Made by a program: the position numbers and the translations under genes. From positions 1 to 20,496 of the forward strand of contig JBBRCV010000084.1 in the NCBI GenBank assembly GCA_038204505.1: DNA of 20,496 nucleotides, read 5' to 3'. Shown here one piece after another: positions 1 to 8,175 of the stretch (positions are counted from its first letter, which is position 1; each line of letters begins with the position of its first letter). Below the pieces are notes generated by a model, which was not told where the DNA came from, made no database searches, and saw only the letters and a program-made list of their open reading frames with translations. The DNA comes from Elainellales cyanobacterium. Its GTDB lineage: Bacteria; Cyanobacteriota; Cyanobacteriia; Elainellales; Elainellaceae.

Positions 1-227
1 GAAATCGTGTGCCTGATTTTGATGATCAACTGATGTTAATCGCAGCAGGATTATGGAACTTGTATTTAGAGGTAGCGTAAGTAGAACAAGAAGCCGGAAA
101 CCCTGTCCTCAAGCCAGTTTTATTACCCAACAAGTCTAATATGTTCAACGACCAAACTTGCAGGAAGAATTTCATCGACCGGGGTGCTCATACTGGCTTT
201 CTCTAGTTAATTCTGCTGTTGGCTATG

Positions 228-746
228 CTATTGGCTATCATGAGCCTGTCGTTGACTCCCTCGATACTGCTTTTGGCGATCGCCTAGATAACCTTGGTCT
301 TTCTGAAAACTACTGCGCTGACTACTGCGCTGACTACTGCCGTTCTGAGCCTGACGTTTTTTCTGAGTATTTTTCTGACTATCTCTCTGAATATCAGGGG
401 CAACAAATTCTTCCCGAATCCATCCTTTTAACTTAGATGAGTCGGCGAACTGTACGTGTTTCCAGATAGAGCCTTCATTGCTACCAACCTGTTCAAGCAC
501 GGTCACGCGATCGCCTCCTAATCCATATCCAACTCGCCGTTTTTCGATTCCTGGTTGAGGATAAACATTAATCTTAAAACTTGGCTCTGGAGCAACTAGC
601 ACACTCGGCTGATTCAGGCTTTGATTACTTTGATTGCTGCTTAAACTGCCATCTAAATTTCCATCTGCAAAGGCAAACGGCGCAAAAACGGTTAAGCTTA
701 GCGCGATCGCCATTAGAACCGCAATAATAAATGGTTTGAACGTCAT
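228..746 (-). CDS. small secreted protein with cleavable-looking signal peptide, possible SH3b-like fold, Gln/Ser/Arg-rich C-terminal tail
   Basis: 172-aa ORF. N-terminus MTFKPFIIAVLMAIALSLTVFAPFAFA-D has the n/h/c organisation of a signal peptide. The C-terminal SSQRSSQRSS is encoded by an in-frame 12-bp tandem repeat. No confident family assignment from sequence alone. Confidence 0.55.
   Translation of the reverse strand: MTFKPFIIAVLMAIALSLTVFAPFAFADGNLDGSLSSNQSNQSLNQPSVLVAPEPSFKINVYPQPGIEKRRVGYGLGGDRVTVLEQVGSNEGSIWKHVQFADSSKLKGWIREEFVAPDIQRDSQKNTQKKRQAQNGSSQRSSQRSSFQKDQGYLGDRQKQYRGSQRQAHDSQ
309..340. repeat. 2.7 copies of the 12-bp unit ACTACTGCGCTG, in frame within the secreted-protein gene (encodes SSQR repeats)
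   Basis: Read directly. Confidence 0.8.
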
Positions 747-796
747 AGTCTTTAACCGCTAATCTTTAGTTACGCTAATCTTTAGTTACTAACTTA

Positions 797-2152
797 TTAA
801 ACTTTTGTCTCTTGTTCGTATGCCAATTCTCCCATGATGTAAGTTGCCTCAACAGCCCGATCATCTCCCATGATTATCAGCGTAAATGCCAGCTCTGCTA
901 GCTCATCTAATGACATTGCTGTAGGCTCCGGGTTACGGAATGCCATCAAGGGTGTGGAACGCAAATTTAGCACAATAAAATCAGCTTCTTTACCAGGATC
1001 AAAATTGCCAATAGTATCCTCTAGCGACAGTGCTCTCGCTCCTCCCAACGTTGCTAAAAAGAGTGCTTGGAAGGCAGAAAGCTTTTGCTGTCGCAGTTGT
1101 GCCACTTTGTAAGCTTCGCTTGCCGTTTGCAGCAGCGAAAAGCTAGTTCCTGCTCCTACATCGGTTCCTAAACCAACTTTTACCGGATGTTCTGTTGATT
1201 TGGCTTGCTCAATTTTAAACAAACCGCTGCCCAAGAATAGATTAGAGGTCGGGCAAAAGGCGATCGCTGATTCAGCTTCCGACAGCCGCTTAAGCTCCTC
1301 ATCAGTTAGGTGTATGCCATGGGCAAATACAGAGCGGTTTCGCACTAGCCCAGCTTGATCATAGGCATCCAAGTAGCCGCTAGATTCTGGAAATAGCTCC
1401 TTTACCCACGCCACTTCATTCACATTCTCAGAGATATGCGTGTGTAGATAAACGTCTGGAAATTCATCCAGCAACTTTCCTGCTAAATGCAATTGCTCAT
1501 TTGTAGAAGTGATGGCGAACCGAGGCGTAACAGCATAGAGCAGCCGCCCGTTTTTGTGCCATTTCTGGATGAGGGCTTTGCTGTCCTGATACGAGGTTTC
1601 AGCGGTGTCTCTGAGCGAATCAGGAGCATGACGATCCATCATCACTTTACCTGCAATCATTCTGAGATTACGACGACTCGCCTCTTCAAAAAAAGCGTCA
1701 GTTGATACCGGAAATACCGTAGTAAATACTAGAGCCGTCGTTGTTCCATTTTTCAGCAGCTCATCTAGAAAAAAAGCAGCAACCTTCTGAGCATAAGCTT
1801 TATCGTTGAACTTACCTTCAGTCGGAAAAACATACTGATTTAGCCATTCCAAAAGCTGTTCGCCGTAAGCAGCAATAATTTCAGTTTGAGGAAAATGAAT
1901 GTGAGTATCAATAAATCCCGGCATAATCAGCCGCCCAGCACAGGAGATGATGGGCAACGCCGCATACCGCTCCTTGAGGCGATCGTAAGCTCCTAGCTCC
2001 TTAATCTTTCCGTTTTCCAGAATGAGCAATCCATCAGGAATATAACGAACGCTTTCTGATTCAGAACTGTAAAAGGGGTCATCAACAAAGTCCAGGAAAG
2101 AGCCGCGAAATGCCTTAAGGGAAGGTTCTTGGGATTGAGTAAAGTTTGGCAT
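797..2152 (-). CDS. guaD: guanine deaminase (amidohydrolase superfamily)
   Basis: 451 aa. N-terminal metal-binding block PGFIDTHIHFPQ and the later HTHISEN block are the hallmark His motifs of guanine deaminase/cytosine-deaminase-like amidohydrolases. The start is ATG at 2152. Sits in a cluster with a purine permease. Confidence 0.85.
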   Translation of the reverse strand: MPNFTQSQEPSLKAFRGSFLDFVDDPFYSSESESVRYIPDGLLILENGKIKELGAYDRLKERYAALPIISCAGRLIMPGFIDTHIHFPQTEIIAAYGEQLLEWLNQYVFPTEGKFNDKAYAQKVAAFFLDELLKNGTTTALVFTTVFPVSTDAFFEEASRRNLRMIAGKVMMDRHAPDSLRDTAETSYQDSKALIQKWHKNGRLLYAVTPRFAITSTNEQLHLAGKLLDEFPDVYLHTHISENVNEVAWVKELFPESSGYLDAYDQAGLVRNRSVFAHGIHLTDEELKRLSEAESAIAFCPTSNLFLGSGLFKIEQAKSTEHPVKVGLGTDVGAGTSFSLLQTASEAYKVAQLRQQKLSAFQALFLATLGGARALSLEDTIGNFDPGKEADFIVLNLRSTPLMAFRNPEPTAMSLDELAELAFTLIIMGDDRAVEATYIMGELAYEQETKV

Positions 2153-2223
2153 ATCAAATATATATACGCTACCATCTCTAATTCATTAGCTCTAATTCAC
2201 TAGAGAAATATTTTACTGCTCAG

Positions 2224-3348
2224 CTATCTATCCGGTTCTAACGCTGTGCTCTCAGCAGCAAGAGGCAATGATGCTTCTGAGCTGGCAAGATTTGCATTTG
2301 CTGGTGCGATCGCCCCAGTTCTCTTACTCGCAAACCTCCTGACAATTTCGTCGCGCTGGTTCACCAGATACACGCTAATCAGCGTTAAAACAACGCCGAT
2401 CCATTGCAGTCCAGACAGGGTTTCATCTAAAAGCAGGCTGCTAAACAGCAGGGCAAAAACTGGTGTTAGGAAGATAAGCGCACTGACGCTGGTCATGTTA
2501 CCATTTGCTGCCAAATAGAAAAATATTCCATACGTAATTGCTGTGCCAAACACCGTTGCATAGCCCAATCCAGCCCAGTCGCTGACGTGGAGGTTCACCA
2601 TCTGACTGTCCTCCCACATAAAAGACAGCGCCATCAGCGGCAGCCCACCCAGAATCATGTGCCAGCCCGTTGCTACCAGCGGATCAGCATGTTGCTTCAC
2701 ATAGTGAATAATGATGGTGCCAAAGGACATGGCTAGAGCCGCTAACAGCATTAGTAATTCGCCACTATTGAGCAGGTTTTGAACGTTGAATCCAGAAGCG
2801 ATAATCGGCTGCGAATTTGCCAGACTATCTTTGCTGCTCAGAACAGCCTGAACCGTATAAGGAACAGAAATTCCCAGATTTTGCAGGAGATTAAAGAACC
2901 AATAGCCGGGTAAGCCGCACAAGCAAATGCCTGCTAGCCCAATTCCTAAGCCTAGCCAGCCCCATAGCCCAATGAGTTCACCGAATAGAAACCTTGAGAG
3001 TAATGCCACGACCAAAGGTTGAGCATCAATCAAGATAGCTCCTATTCCTGCTCCTGTATGTACCAATCCCTCGGTGAGAAAGCCTTGAAAGATTGCTCCA
3101 TTGATCAGGGCAAATAAGCCAATCCACAGCCACGCTTGCCAGGTTTTGGGCTGGGGTCGCTTTAGCAGAGCCGCAACACCTAAGATTAAGACTCCTGCTG
3201 GCAAAAGACGAAATGCAGCGAGGAAGAGCGGCGTTGTATTAGGAAGAATGAACTTCATTACAACCATCGCTGTTCCTAAAAAGAAAAAAGGAGCAACTAG
3301 GAAGAGGGGCGATCGCGTAAAATCCGACTTTTCTGTTTGTATTTGCAT
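2224..3348 (-). CDS. EamA/DMT-superfamily transporter (10-TM, duplicated EamA halves)
   Basis: 374 aa, about ten hydrophobic helices in two similar halves. The pattern is typical of drug/metabolite transporter (EamA) proteins. Hydrophilic C-terminal tail. Lies between the permease and guaD on the same strand. Confidence 0.7.
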   Translation of the reverse strand: MQIQTEKSDFTRSPLFLVAPFFFLGTAMVVMKFILPNTTPLFLAAFRLLPAGVLILGVAALLKRPQPKTWQAWLWIGLFALINGAIFQGFLTEGLVHTGAGIGAILIDAQPLVVALLSRFLFGELIGLWGWLGLGIGLAGICLCGLPGYWFFNLLQNLGISVPYTVQAVLSSKDSLANSQPIIASGFNVQNLLNSGELLMLLAALAMSFGTIIIHYVKQHADPLVATGWHMILGGLPLMALSFMWEDSQMVNLHVSDWAGLGYATVFGTAITYGIFFYLAANGNMTSVSALIFLTPVFALLFSSLLLDETLSGLQWIGVVLTLISVYLVNQRDEIVRRFASKRTGAIAPANANLASSEASLPLAAESTALEPDR

Positions 3349-3485
3349 GGGCTGACATCACCGTTTCTGATGAAGGTTTTGATGAGAAGGAACGAACCTA
3401 TCGATCCAGGATTTAGGCAGGAGGTCTACCCCAAGAGATGCTAGGGGCTGCTTTTTTCATCAAGCCTCACCCCGTTGATAAACCA

Positions 3486-4925
3486 TTAACCTTTACTAAA
3501 CCGCAGCGTCATAAAGATGAACCGAGCGACAAAGATGCCTGCAATGATCCAAGTGCCCAGCGATACTTCATGCGCTTTGCCCTGGAACGCTTTGAGGAGC
3601 GGATAGGTAATAAACCCGATTGATAATCCTTCGGCAATGGAGAAGGTTAGAGGAATCATAAAAACTGTCAGGAAGGCTGGAATTGCCACCGCCATATCAT
3701 CCCAATCAATCTCTCTAATCTCCGACAGCATCATCGCTCCCACAATCACTAGCGTTGGTGTGGTGGCAAAAGCTGGGATGCCAGCAAAAAGCGGAATGAA
3801 AAATAGCGCCACCACAAATAAAGTGCCAATGACGATCGCAGTAAAGCCAGTTCGTCCCCCTTCAACGACTCCAGCCACCGATTCTATATAAACAGTGACG
3901 CTGGAAGTCCCCACTAAAGGACCAACGGTTGTGCCAATGGCATCCGCCATTAGCGCTCGGTTTGCACGGGGAAGCTGACCATCGGGACCAATGTAGCCTG
4001 CCCGCATTCCCACACCCGTCAATGTGCCAATAGTGTCAAAAATATCAACGAACAAAAAGACAAGCAGCACCGCGAACCAATCAATAAAGTTTTGACTATT
4101 GAGTTGACTCAGACCGCCGATCGCCTGTCCGAGCAGCGCCTGGGGAACCTCTGGAAATGCAAAGATACCTTTGGGCCAGGGCGTAACGCCTGAGATCCAG
4201 GCTAGGGCGGCAGTTGCAATAATGCCAATCAAGAGCGCTCCTCTAACCCGCCGCACCACTAAACCTGCGGTAATTAGTAGCCCGATCGCTGCCATCAACG
4301 TATTAGGTTCAGCGAAGCTGCCGAAGGCGGTTTTAGTGGCTTCGCTGGCTACAATTAAGCCCGCGCCCCCTTCTTTTACAGAACCCGACAGACCAATGTA
4401 GGCAATAAACAAGCCAATTCCACCTGCGGTCGCATGTTTAATTGAAGAGGGAATCGCTTGGATCAAATGGCGACGAACATCAGTGAACGTTAAAACGATG
4501 AATATTAGACCCTGAACAAACACGCAGGATAATGCCAATCGCCAATCGATCTTGAGTCCAATGACGACAGAAAAGGCAAAGAAAGCGTTGGTTCCCATAC
4601 CGGGCGCTAACCCAAAGGGATAGTTAGCAAAAAAGCCCATACACAAAGTAGCAACTGCCGCTGCGATCGCGGTAGCCACTGCCAGTTGAGAAAATAAATC
4701 GCCAGGTTTTTCCAGAAAAATGGCGTTCGACAAAATGATAGGATTCACCACCAGGACATATCCCATCGTCATAAAGGTGGTAATGCCTGCCAGAATTTCT
4801 GTTTTGAACCCTGTTTTGTAGAAATTAAACTTGAAGTAGTCCGCAATTGCGGCTTGCCAACCGCTGTAGGGTGAACCTTGAGGCGGCTCTGATCGTTCAA
4901 TGCCAGCATCTGTATCTGTATTCAT
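3486..4925 (-). CDS. NCS2-family purine permease, AzgA/PbuG-like (guanine/hypoxanthine/adenine)
   Basis: 479 aa. The N-terminus YFKFNFYKTGFKTEILAGITTFMTMGYVLVVNPIILS is the characteristic opening of AzgA-type xanthine/uracil-permease-family purine transporters. Multi-TM throughout. ATG at 4925 with GGAGA 13 nt upstream on the minus strand. Confidence 0.85.
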   Translation of the reverse strand: MNTDTDAGIERSEPPQGSPYSGWQAAIADYFKFNFYKTGFKTEILAGITTFMTMGYVLVVNPIILSNAIFLEKPGDLFSQLAVATAIAAAVATLCMGFFANYPFGLAPGMGTNAFFAFSVVIGLKIDWRLALSCVFVQGLIFIVLTFTDVRRHLIQAIPSSIKHATAGGIGLFIAYIGLSGSVKEGGAGLIVASEATKTAFGSFAEPNTLMAAIGLLITAGLVVRRVRGALLIGIIATAALAWISGVTPWPKGIFAFPEVPQALLGQAIGGLSQLNSQNFIDWFAVLLVFLFVDIFDTIGTLTGVGMRAGYIGPDGQLPRANRALMADAIGTTVGPLVGTSSVTVYIESVAGVVEGGRTGFTAIVIGTLFVVALFFIPLFAGIPAFATTPTLVIVGAMMLSEIREIDWDDMAVAIPAFLTVFMIPLTFSIAEGLSIGFITYPLLKAFQGKAHEVSLGTWIIAGIFVARFIFMTLRFSKG

Positions 4926-4941
4926 TAAACTAGCTTTCTCC

Positions 4942-4978
4942 TATTTGCTGGTGCATCTCTAGCCTTACCTAGCAAATA
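4942..4978 (-). promoter_or_regulatory. inverted repeat (TATTTGCTgG / CtAGCAAATA, 8-bp perfect core, about 21-nt spacer) in the permease leader immediately 5' of its Shine-Dalgarno
   Basis: Seen directly in the sequence. On the mRNA it would form a stem-loop ending about 4 nt before GGAGA. It could equally be a DNA operator. Confidence 0.25.
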
Positions 4979-5477
4979 CTTTTGCCGATAAAGCGTTACT
5001 TGGCTCAAATAATAGGAAGATTGTGAGACTCTAGCTGTTATTTTGAATACAATATTGCATTGAATTTAAAATCTTAATTGAACCCGCTCAGCTCAGAAAT
5101 TTTAACTACTTTATTTATGTACTTTGAAGATTCATATTGATATCTTTTACCAGCTTTATTTAGAAGCTGTCTATTCATCAATAATAGCCTCTATTGCCCA
5201 CTAATCAAGCTATTTGACTGTGATAAAACTATAAGTTGCTGTGCAATACCCATCAAATCTGCTAATGACAAACTATCAAAATGATGGCTTTTCTACAAAC
5301 GCTTCAAACGCTTCCTAACTTTGCCGTATTGAGGCTTAATTTTGTGATATTAATTGAACAGATGCGATCGCCGTATTTACTCTTCTAAAGTTTTCAACTA
5401 TACAAAACCGCCTCATACAATTTGCTATATATTTGCCAGGTATACTGTAGGTAGTTGAGCTATCTTACACACTGAAT

Positions 5478-6563
5478 ATGCTAGTAACACAACAATCTGT
5501 ATTGCGTCGATTCTGGTATCCAGTTGTTCCGATTGTGGACTTGTCAGATGGATTGAAGACATTTGAATTACTAGGCGAGAAAATTGTCCTCTGGCTAGAT
5601 TCAGACGAGAAACCCGTTGCTGCTCAAGATCGCTGTTGCCATCGATCTGCTCAACTTTCTCTAGGCACTGTGATTAACGGCAATGTCTCGTGTGCTTATC
5701 ACGGTTGGCAATTTGATAGCTGTGGCACCTGCGTGCATGTTCCACAACTCAAGCCAGATCAGGCAATTCCTCCTAGTTACAAAATCCAAACTTACCGCTG
5801 TATGAAACAATATGGCTATGTTTGGGTTTGTTTAGAGGAACCTTTTACTGATATTCCGGCGATCGCTGAAGCCACTGATCCAGCCTTTCGGCTCATCCAT
5901 GAGTTTTACGAACCGTGGCAATGTGCTGGATTACGAGTCATGGAGAACGAGTTTGATCTGGCTCACCCAACATTTGTTCACACCACGACCTTTGGTAGCG
6001 AAGACCATCCCATTCCCGATGTATTGGAAGTGACTGAGACGGAGTGGGGATTGCACGTACAAGGGACATTAGGCGTTGTCAATCCAGAGTTACAACAGCA
6101 AAATTTGAGCATGGATGAGCAACAAACGGTTCGTACTTTGGATATGACCTGGTTTATGCCGTTCACGGTGAGACTGCGAATTAATTATCCGAATGGAATG
6201 GCTCATATCATTGTCAATACGATGACTCCCATTAATGACTCAACTTCTCAAATGGTGCAGTTTTGCCTACGCAACGATACGGAGGCAGATACGCCCAGCC
6301 AGGATGTAATTGCGTTCGATCGGGCTGTCACTTTAGAAGACAAGCGAATTTTAGAATCGACCGATTATGATGTACCGCTAAGTCCAGGTCAGGAGCAGCA
6401 TATGTTCACTGACAAGCCCGGAATTATCATGAGAAAAAAGATAGCTGCTCTCCTTAAAGCGCATGATGAGGTGGAACATACCAGAGACAATAGTGAGAGC
6501 AGAGTCACAAAAATTTCTGATAAATCTGATAAAAATGGTGTTCCAATCAAGACTCTGCACTAA
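5478..6563 (+). CDS. Rieske [2Fe-2S] non-heme-iron oxygenase, PAO/Tic55/ring-hydroxylating alpha-subunit-like
   Basis: 361 aa. Rieske motif CCHRSAQL...(17)...CAYHGW, i.e. CxH...CxxH. Mononuclear iron motif NEFDLAHPTFVH, i.e. D-x2-H-x4-H. ATG at 5478. Confidence 0.8.
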   Translation: MLVTQQSVLRRFWYPVVPIVDLSDGLKTFELLGEKIVLWLDSDEKPVAAQDRCCHRSAQLSLGTVINGNVSCAYHGWQFDSCGTCVHVPQLKPDQAIPPSYKIQTYRCMKQYGYVWVCLEEPFTDIPAIAEATDPAFRLIHEFYEPWQCAGLRVMENEFDLAHPTFVHTTTFGSEDHPIPDVLEVTETEWGLHVQGTLGVVNPELQQQNLSMDEQQTVRTLDMTWFMPFTVRLRINYPNGMAHIIVNTMTPINDSTSQMVQFCLRNDTEADTPSQDVIAFDRAVTLEDKRILESTDYDVPLSPGQEQHMFTDKPGIIMRKKIAALLKAHDEVEHTRDNSESRVTKISDKSDKNGVPIKTLH

Positions 6564-6624
6564 TAAAATTCTCCTTGAGTTGTTAACATTCGATGCTGTC
6601 CCTTTTAGGGTGACTTTCCTGGTG

Positions 6625-6652
6625 CTTGTAGAGAGCGATCGCCCTCTACAAG
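6625..6652 (+). terminator. 9-bp perfect stem (CTTGTAGAG/CTCTACAAG) around a HIP1-containing loop, about 60 nt after the Rieske stop; no strong U-tract
   Basis: Inverted repeat visible in the sequence. The downstream context is only weakly T-rich. Confidence 0.25.
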
Positions 6653-6736
6653 AGCGTATTCCTGATCACTTTTAGAGCTGTGCAAGATATGGGATCATGG
6701 GTGGATAAGAAGCTTCAAGAGCTAGATTAACGGGTT

Positions 6737-7054
6737 GTGATTGTGTTCTCCAAAACTACTGCTTTAGAGTGGATTCAAACCAACATCCACATTGCCCTCT
6801 TGCTCTGTTTAACAGCATTCATTCTGGGAATGCTTACAGGTATTCTCGTGAGTCAGCAGATGCTCCAGAAACAGCGAACTAATTTCTCGGAAGAGAACCA
6901 GCAGGTAGAAATATCCTTACGGCAAAGTGAAGCCAAATTTAGGCGCTTTGTTGAATCAAATGTGATTGGCGTATATGTTGCTGATTTTAATGGAGCAATT
7001 TTTGAAGCTAACGATGCTTTCTTAGAAATGGTGGGTTACACACAAGACGGATGA
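6737..7054 (+). pseudogene. 5' fragment of a membrane-anchored PAS sensor gene (TM helix, coiled region, first ~45 aa of a PAS domain), truncated
   Basis: 105 codons from a GTG start. One TM (IHIALLLCLTAFILGMLTGILV), then FRRFVESNVIGVYVADFNGAIFEANDAFLEMVGYTQDG, which is the beginning of a PAS fold. The frame then stops. No continuation of PAS, HisKA or HATPase is found in any frame downstream. Confidence 0.5.
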
Positions 7055-7096
7055 CTTGCAGTAACCACTGTCATAAGCTACACAGGAAGTGCAATG

Positions 7097-7128
7097 TGAC
7101 ATCTATAGTCTTAGCAACACGTTATAAT
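7097..7128 (+). promoter_or_regulatory. candidate promoter for the toxin-antitoxin pair: consensus -10 TATAAT at 7123-7128, weak -35-like TGACAT 20 nt upstream
   Basis: Perfect TATAAT hexamer about 48 nt upstream of the toxin start. The -35 spacing is non-ideal. TTCAAG/CTTGAA inverted half-sites flank the region. Confidence 0.35.
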
Positions 7129-7175
7129 ATTTCAAGCATCTTCTGTTGGCTCAAGCACTCTGAAGGTTCTTCAAC

Positions 7176-7424
7176 TTGAAATACGAAGTTGTCTTAAAGC
7201 CGAAAGCCATTAAGGATTTGCAAAAGCTGCCGCTTAACACACAGACTCGGATTCTCGAAAAAGTAGAATTTGTCCAAAATGACTTGCAGGGAGATGTAAA
7301 GCATTTGACGAACTTCACTCCGGAATATCGTCTGAGAGTGGGCAACTACCGTATCTTATTCGAGATTGAAGATGGCAAGATCGTCATTTACCGTATCAAA
7401 CATCGTAGTGAAGCCTATTCATAG
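7176..7424 (+). CDS. type II toxin, RelE/ParE superfamily
   Basis: 82 aa: MKYEVVLKPKAIKDLQKLP...RILEKVEF...YRLRVGNYRILFEIEDGKIVIYRIKHRSEAY. This matches the canonical RelE/ParE pattern (xYxVxFsxxAxKdLkKL ... yRlRvGdYRiiYeidd...v.ilrIgHRkdvY). The apparent start is TTG at 7176, the first start codon after an in-frame stop, with GAAGG upstream. Confidence 0.8.
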   Translation: MKYEVVLKPKAIKDLQKLPLNTQTRILEKVEFVQNDLQGDVKHLTNFTPEYRLRVGNYRILFEIEDGKIVIYRIKHRSEAYS

Positions 7425-7436
7425 GAAGAGACAATT

Positions 7437-7637
7437 ATGCTTCAACTAAATCCTGAGTTTTTGAAGAAAAATGGTAAGCCTGAGTTTGTTGTGTTGCCCT
7501 ACGAGGAATTCCTACTATTGCAAGAACTGCTGGCTGACTTGGAAGATTTACAAGATTTGAGACAGGCAAAAATGGATGAGAAAGATGCACCTTCTGTATC
7601 TTTGGCGGAAGCAAAGGCAATGTTAAATCTGTCATAG
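7437..7637 (+). CDS. Phd/YefM-like antitoxin (short form), encoded downstream of its toxin
   Basis: 66 aa: GKPEFVVLPYEEFLLLQELLADLEDLQDLRQAKMDE resembles the beta-strand plus acidic-helix core of Phd/YefM (..kPvaVlvs.eeYe.L.EtLedledl...rea). The ATG lies 10 nt after the toxin stop, with AGGAAGAGA just upstream. Confidence 0.55.
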   Translation: MLQLNPEFLKKNGKPEFVVLPYEEFLLLQELLADLEDLQDLRQAKMDEKDAPSVSLAEAKAMLNLS

Positions 7638-7690
7638 CGCTTGAATTTAGACGGAAGCAGCAGTAGCCTAATCAGTCGTTGTGACGCAAA

Positions 7691-7729
7691 TTGATCGGTT
7701 GAGAAAGTATTTCAGTTTGATCGGTTGAG
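7691..7729 (+). repeat. two perfect 13-bp direct repeats TTGATCGGTTGAG (7691-7703 and 7717-7729) between the antitoxin and the next ORF
   Basis: Exact repeats read directly, 26 bp centre to centre. Far too long for chance in a 100-bp gap. Confidence 0.8.
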
Positions 7730-7740
7730 GCAAAAGGGTC

Positions 7741-8175
7741 GTGGGGTATATGGGAACAAGTATTTGCGATGAAATCGAGACTGCTCGTGATTGTGGAGTT
7801 GTGCACTGTCACATCATCAAAGAATTCCCTATGTCGCTTGACGAACTTGCTCCAAGATTTGGGTTGCTTTTTACGCCTCGCACGTATCGAGAAATTGGAA
7901 AGGAGCAAGCAGAGAAAGTTGCCAAGCGTATCCTTCATTGCGATTTAGCCTATGACTCAGAACTTATGGCGGAAAGGGAAGCAGAACAGCTAGCAAGTCG
8001 GTTTCTGGGATATTTTGAAGAAAAAGACACGCAGTATTACACGAATGGGGACTATTACATAACAGATGCTGGAAGTCAGGGTTGGCACCCAGCTACATCT
8101 GCGACACTTGACACAGGAATCCTTGTTGTTGCTAAGTCACAATCAGGATGTCTTTGGGTAGAAGATGAAGATTAA
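7741..8175 (+). CDS. hypothetical protein; C-terminal NGDYYITD...GCLWVEDED resembles SUKH/Smi1-Knr4-type immunity-protein motifs (tentative)
   Basis: 144 codons from GTG at 7741. ATG at 7750 or ATG at 7831 (MSLDELAPRFG...) are alternative starts. No catalytic motifs. Acidic C-terminus. Lies on the same strand after the TA pair, inside the AT-rich HIP1-free segment. Confidence 0.45.
   Translation: MGYMGTSICDEIETARDCGVVHCHIIKEFPMSLDELAPRFGLLFTPRTYREIGKEQAEKVAKRILHCDLAYDSELMAEREAEQLASRFLGYFEEKDTQYYTNGDYYITDAGSQGWHPATSATLDTGILVVAKSQSGCLWVEDED

Noticed and set aside
158-436. 92-aa plus-strand ORF
   Set aside because: Antisense to, and wholly inside, the signal-peptide protein gene (228-746). Its Cys/Tyr-rich repeats are the reverse reading of the 12-bp tandem repeat. 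It has no start context.
870-2175. ORFs 870-1112, 1487-1705 and 1993-2175
   Set aside because: They lie inside or antisense to the well-supported guanine deaminase gene, with low-complexity translations.
2246-4401. Plus-strand ORFs 2246-2518, 3101-3355, 3438-3623, 3637-3891 and 4171-4401
   Set aside because: All are antisense within the DMT transporter and purine permease genes. They are Arg/Ala/Pro-rich, as expected for the antisense of GC-rich membrane-protein genes.
4926-5150. Possible purine riboswitch in the permease leader
   Set aside because: I checked the minus-strand leader for the conserved purine-aptamer elements (the UAUA and UCUACC-type junction motifs) and found none. Only a simple inverted repeat is present.
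5978-6675. ORFs 5978-6166, 6378-6560 and 6463-6675
   Set aside because: They overlap the Rieske oxygenase gene or its terminator region in other frames. They have no motifs.
7151-7345. 64-aa minus-strand ORF and 7435-7635 minus-strand ORF
   Set aside because: Exact antisense of the RelE-like and Phd-like genes. The sense frames have strong family signatures.
7672-7938. 88-aa minus-strand ORF
   Set aside because: It overlaps the direct-repeat region and the 5' end of the 144-codon ORF in antisense, with no start context.
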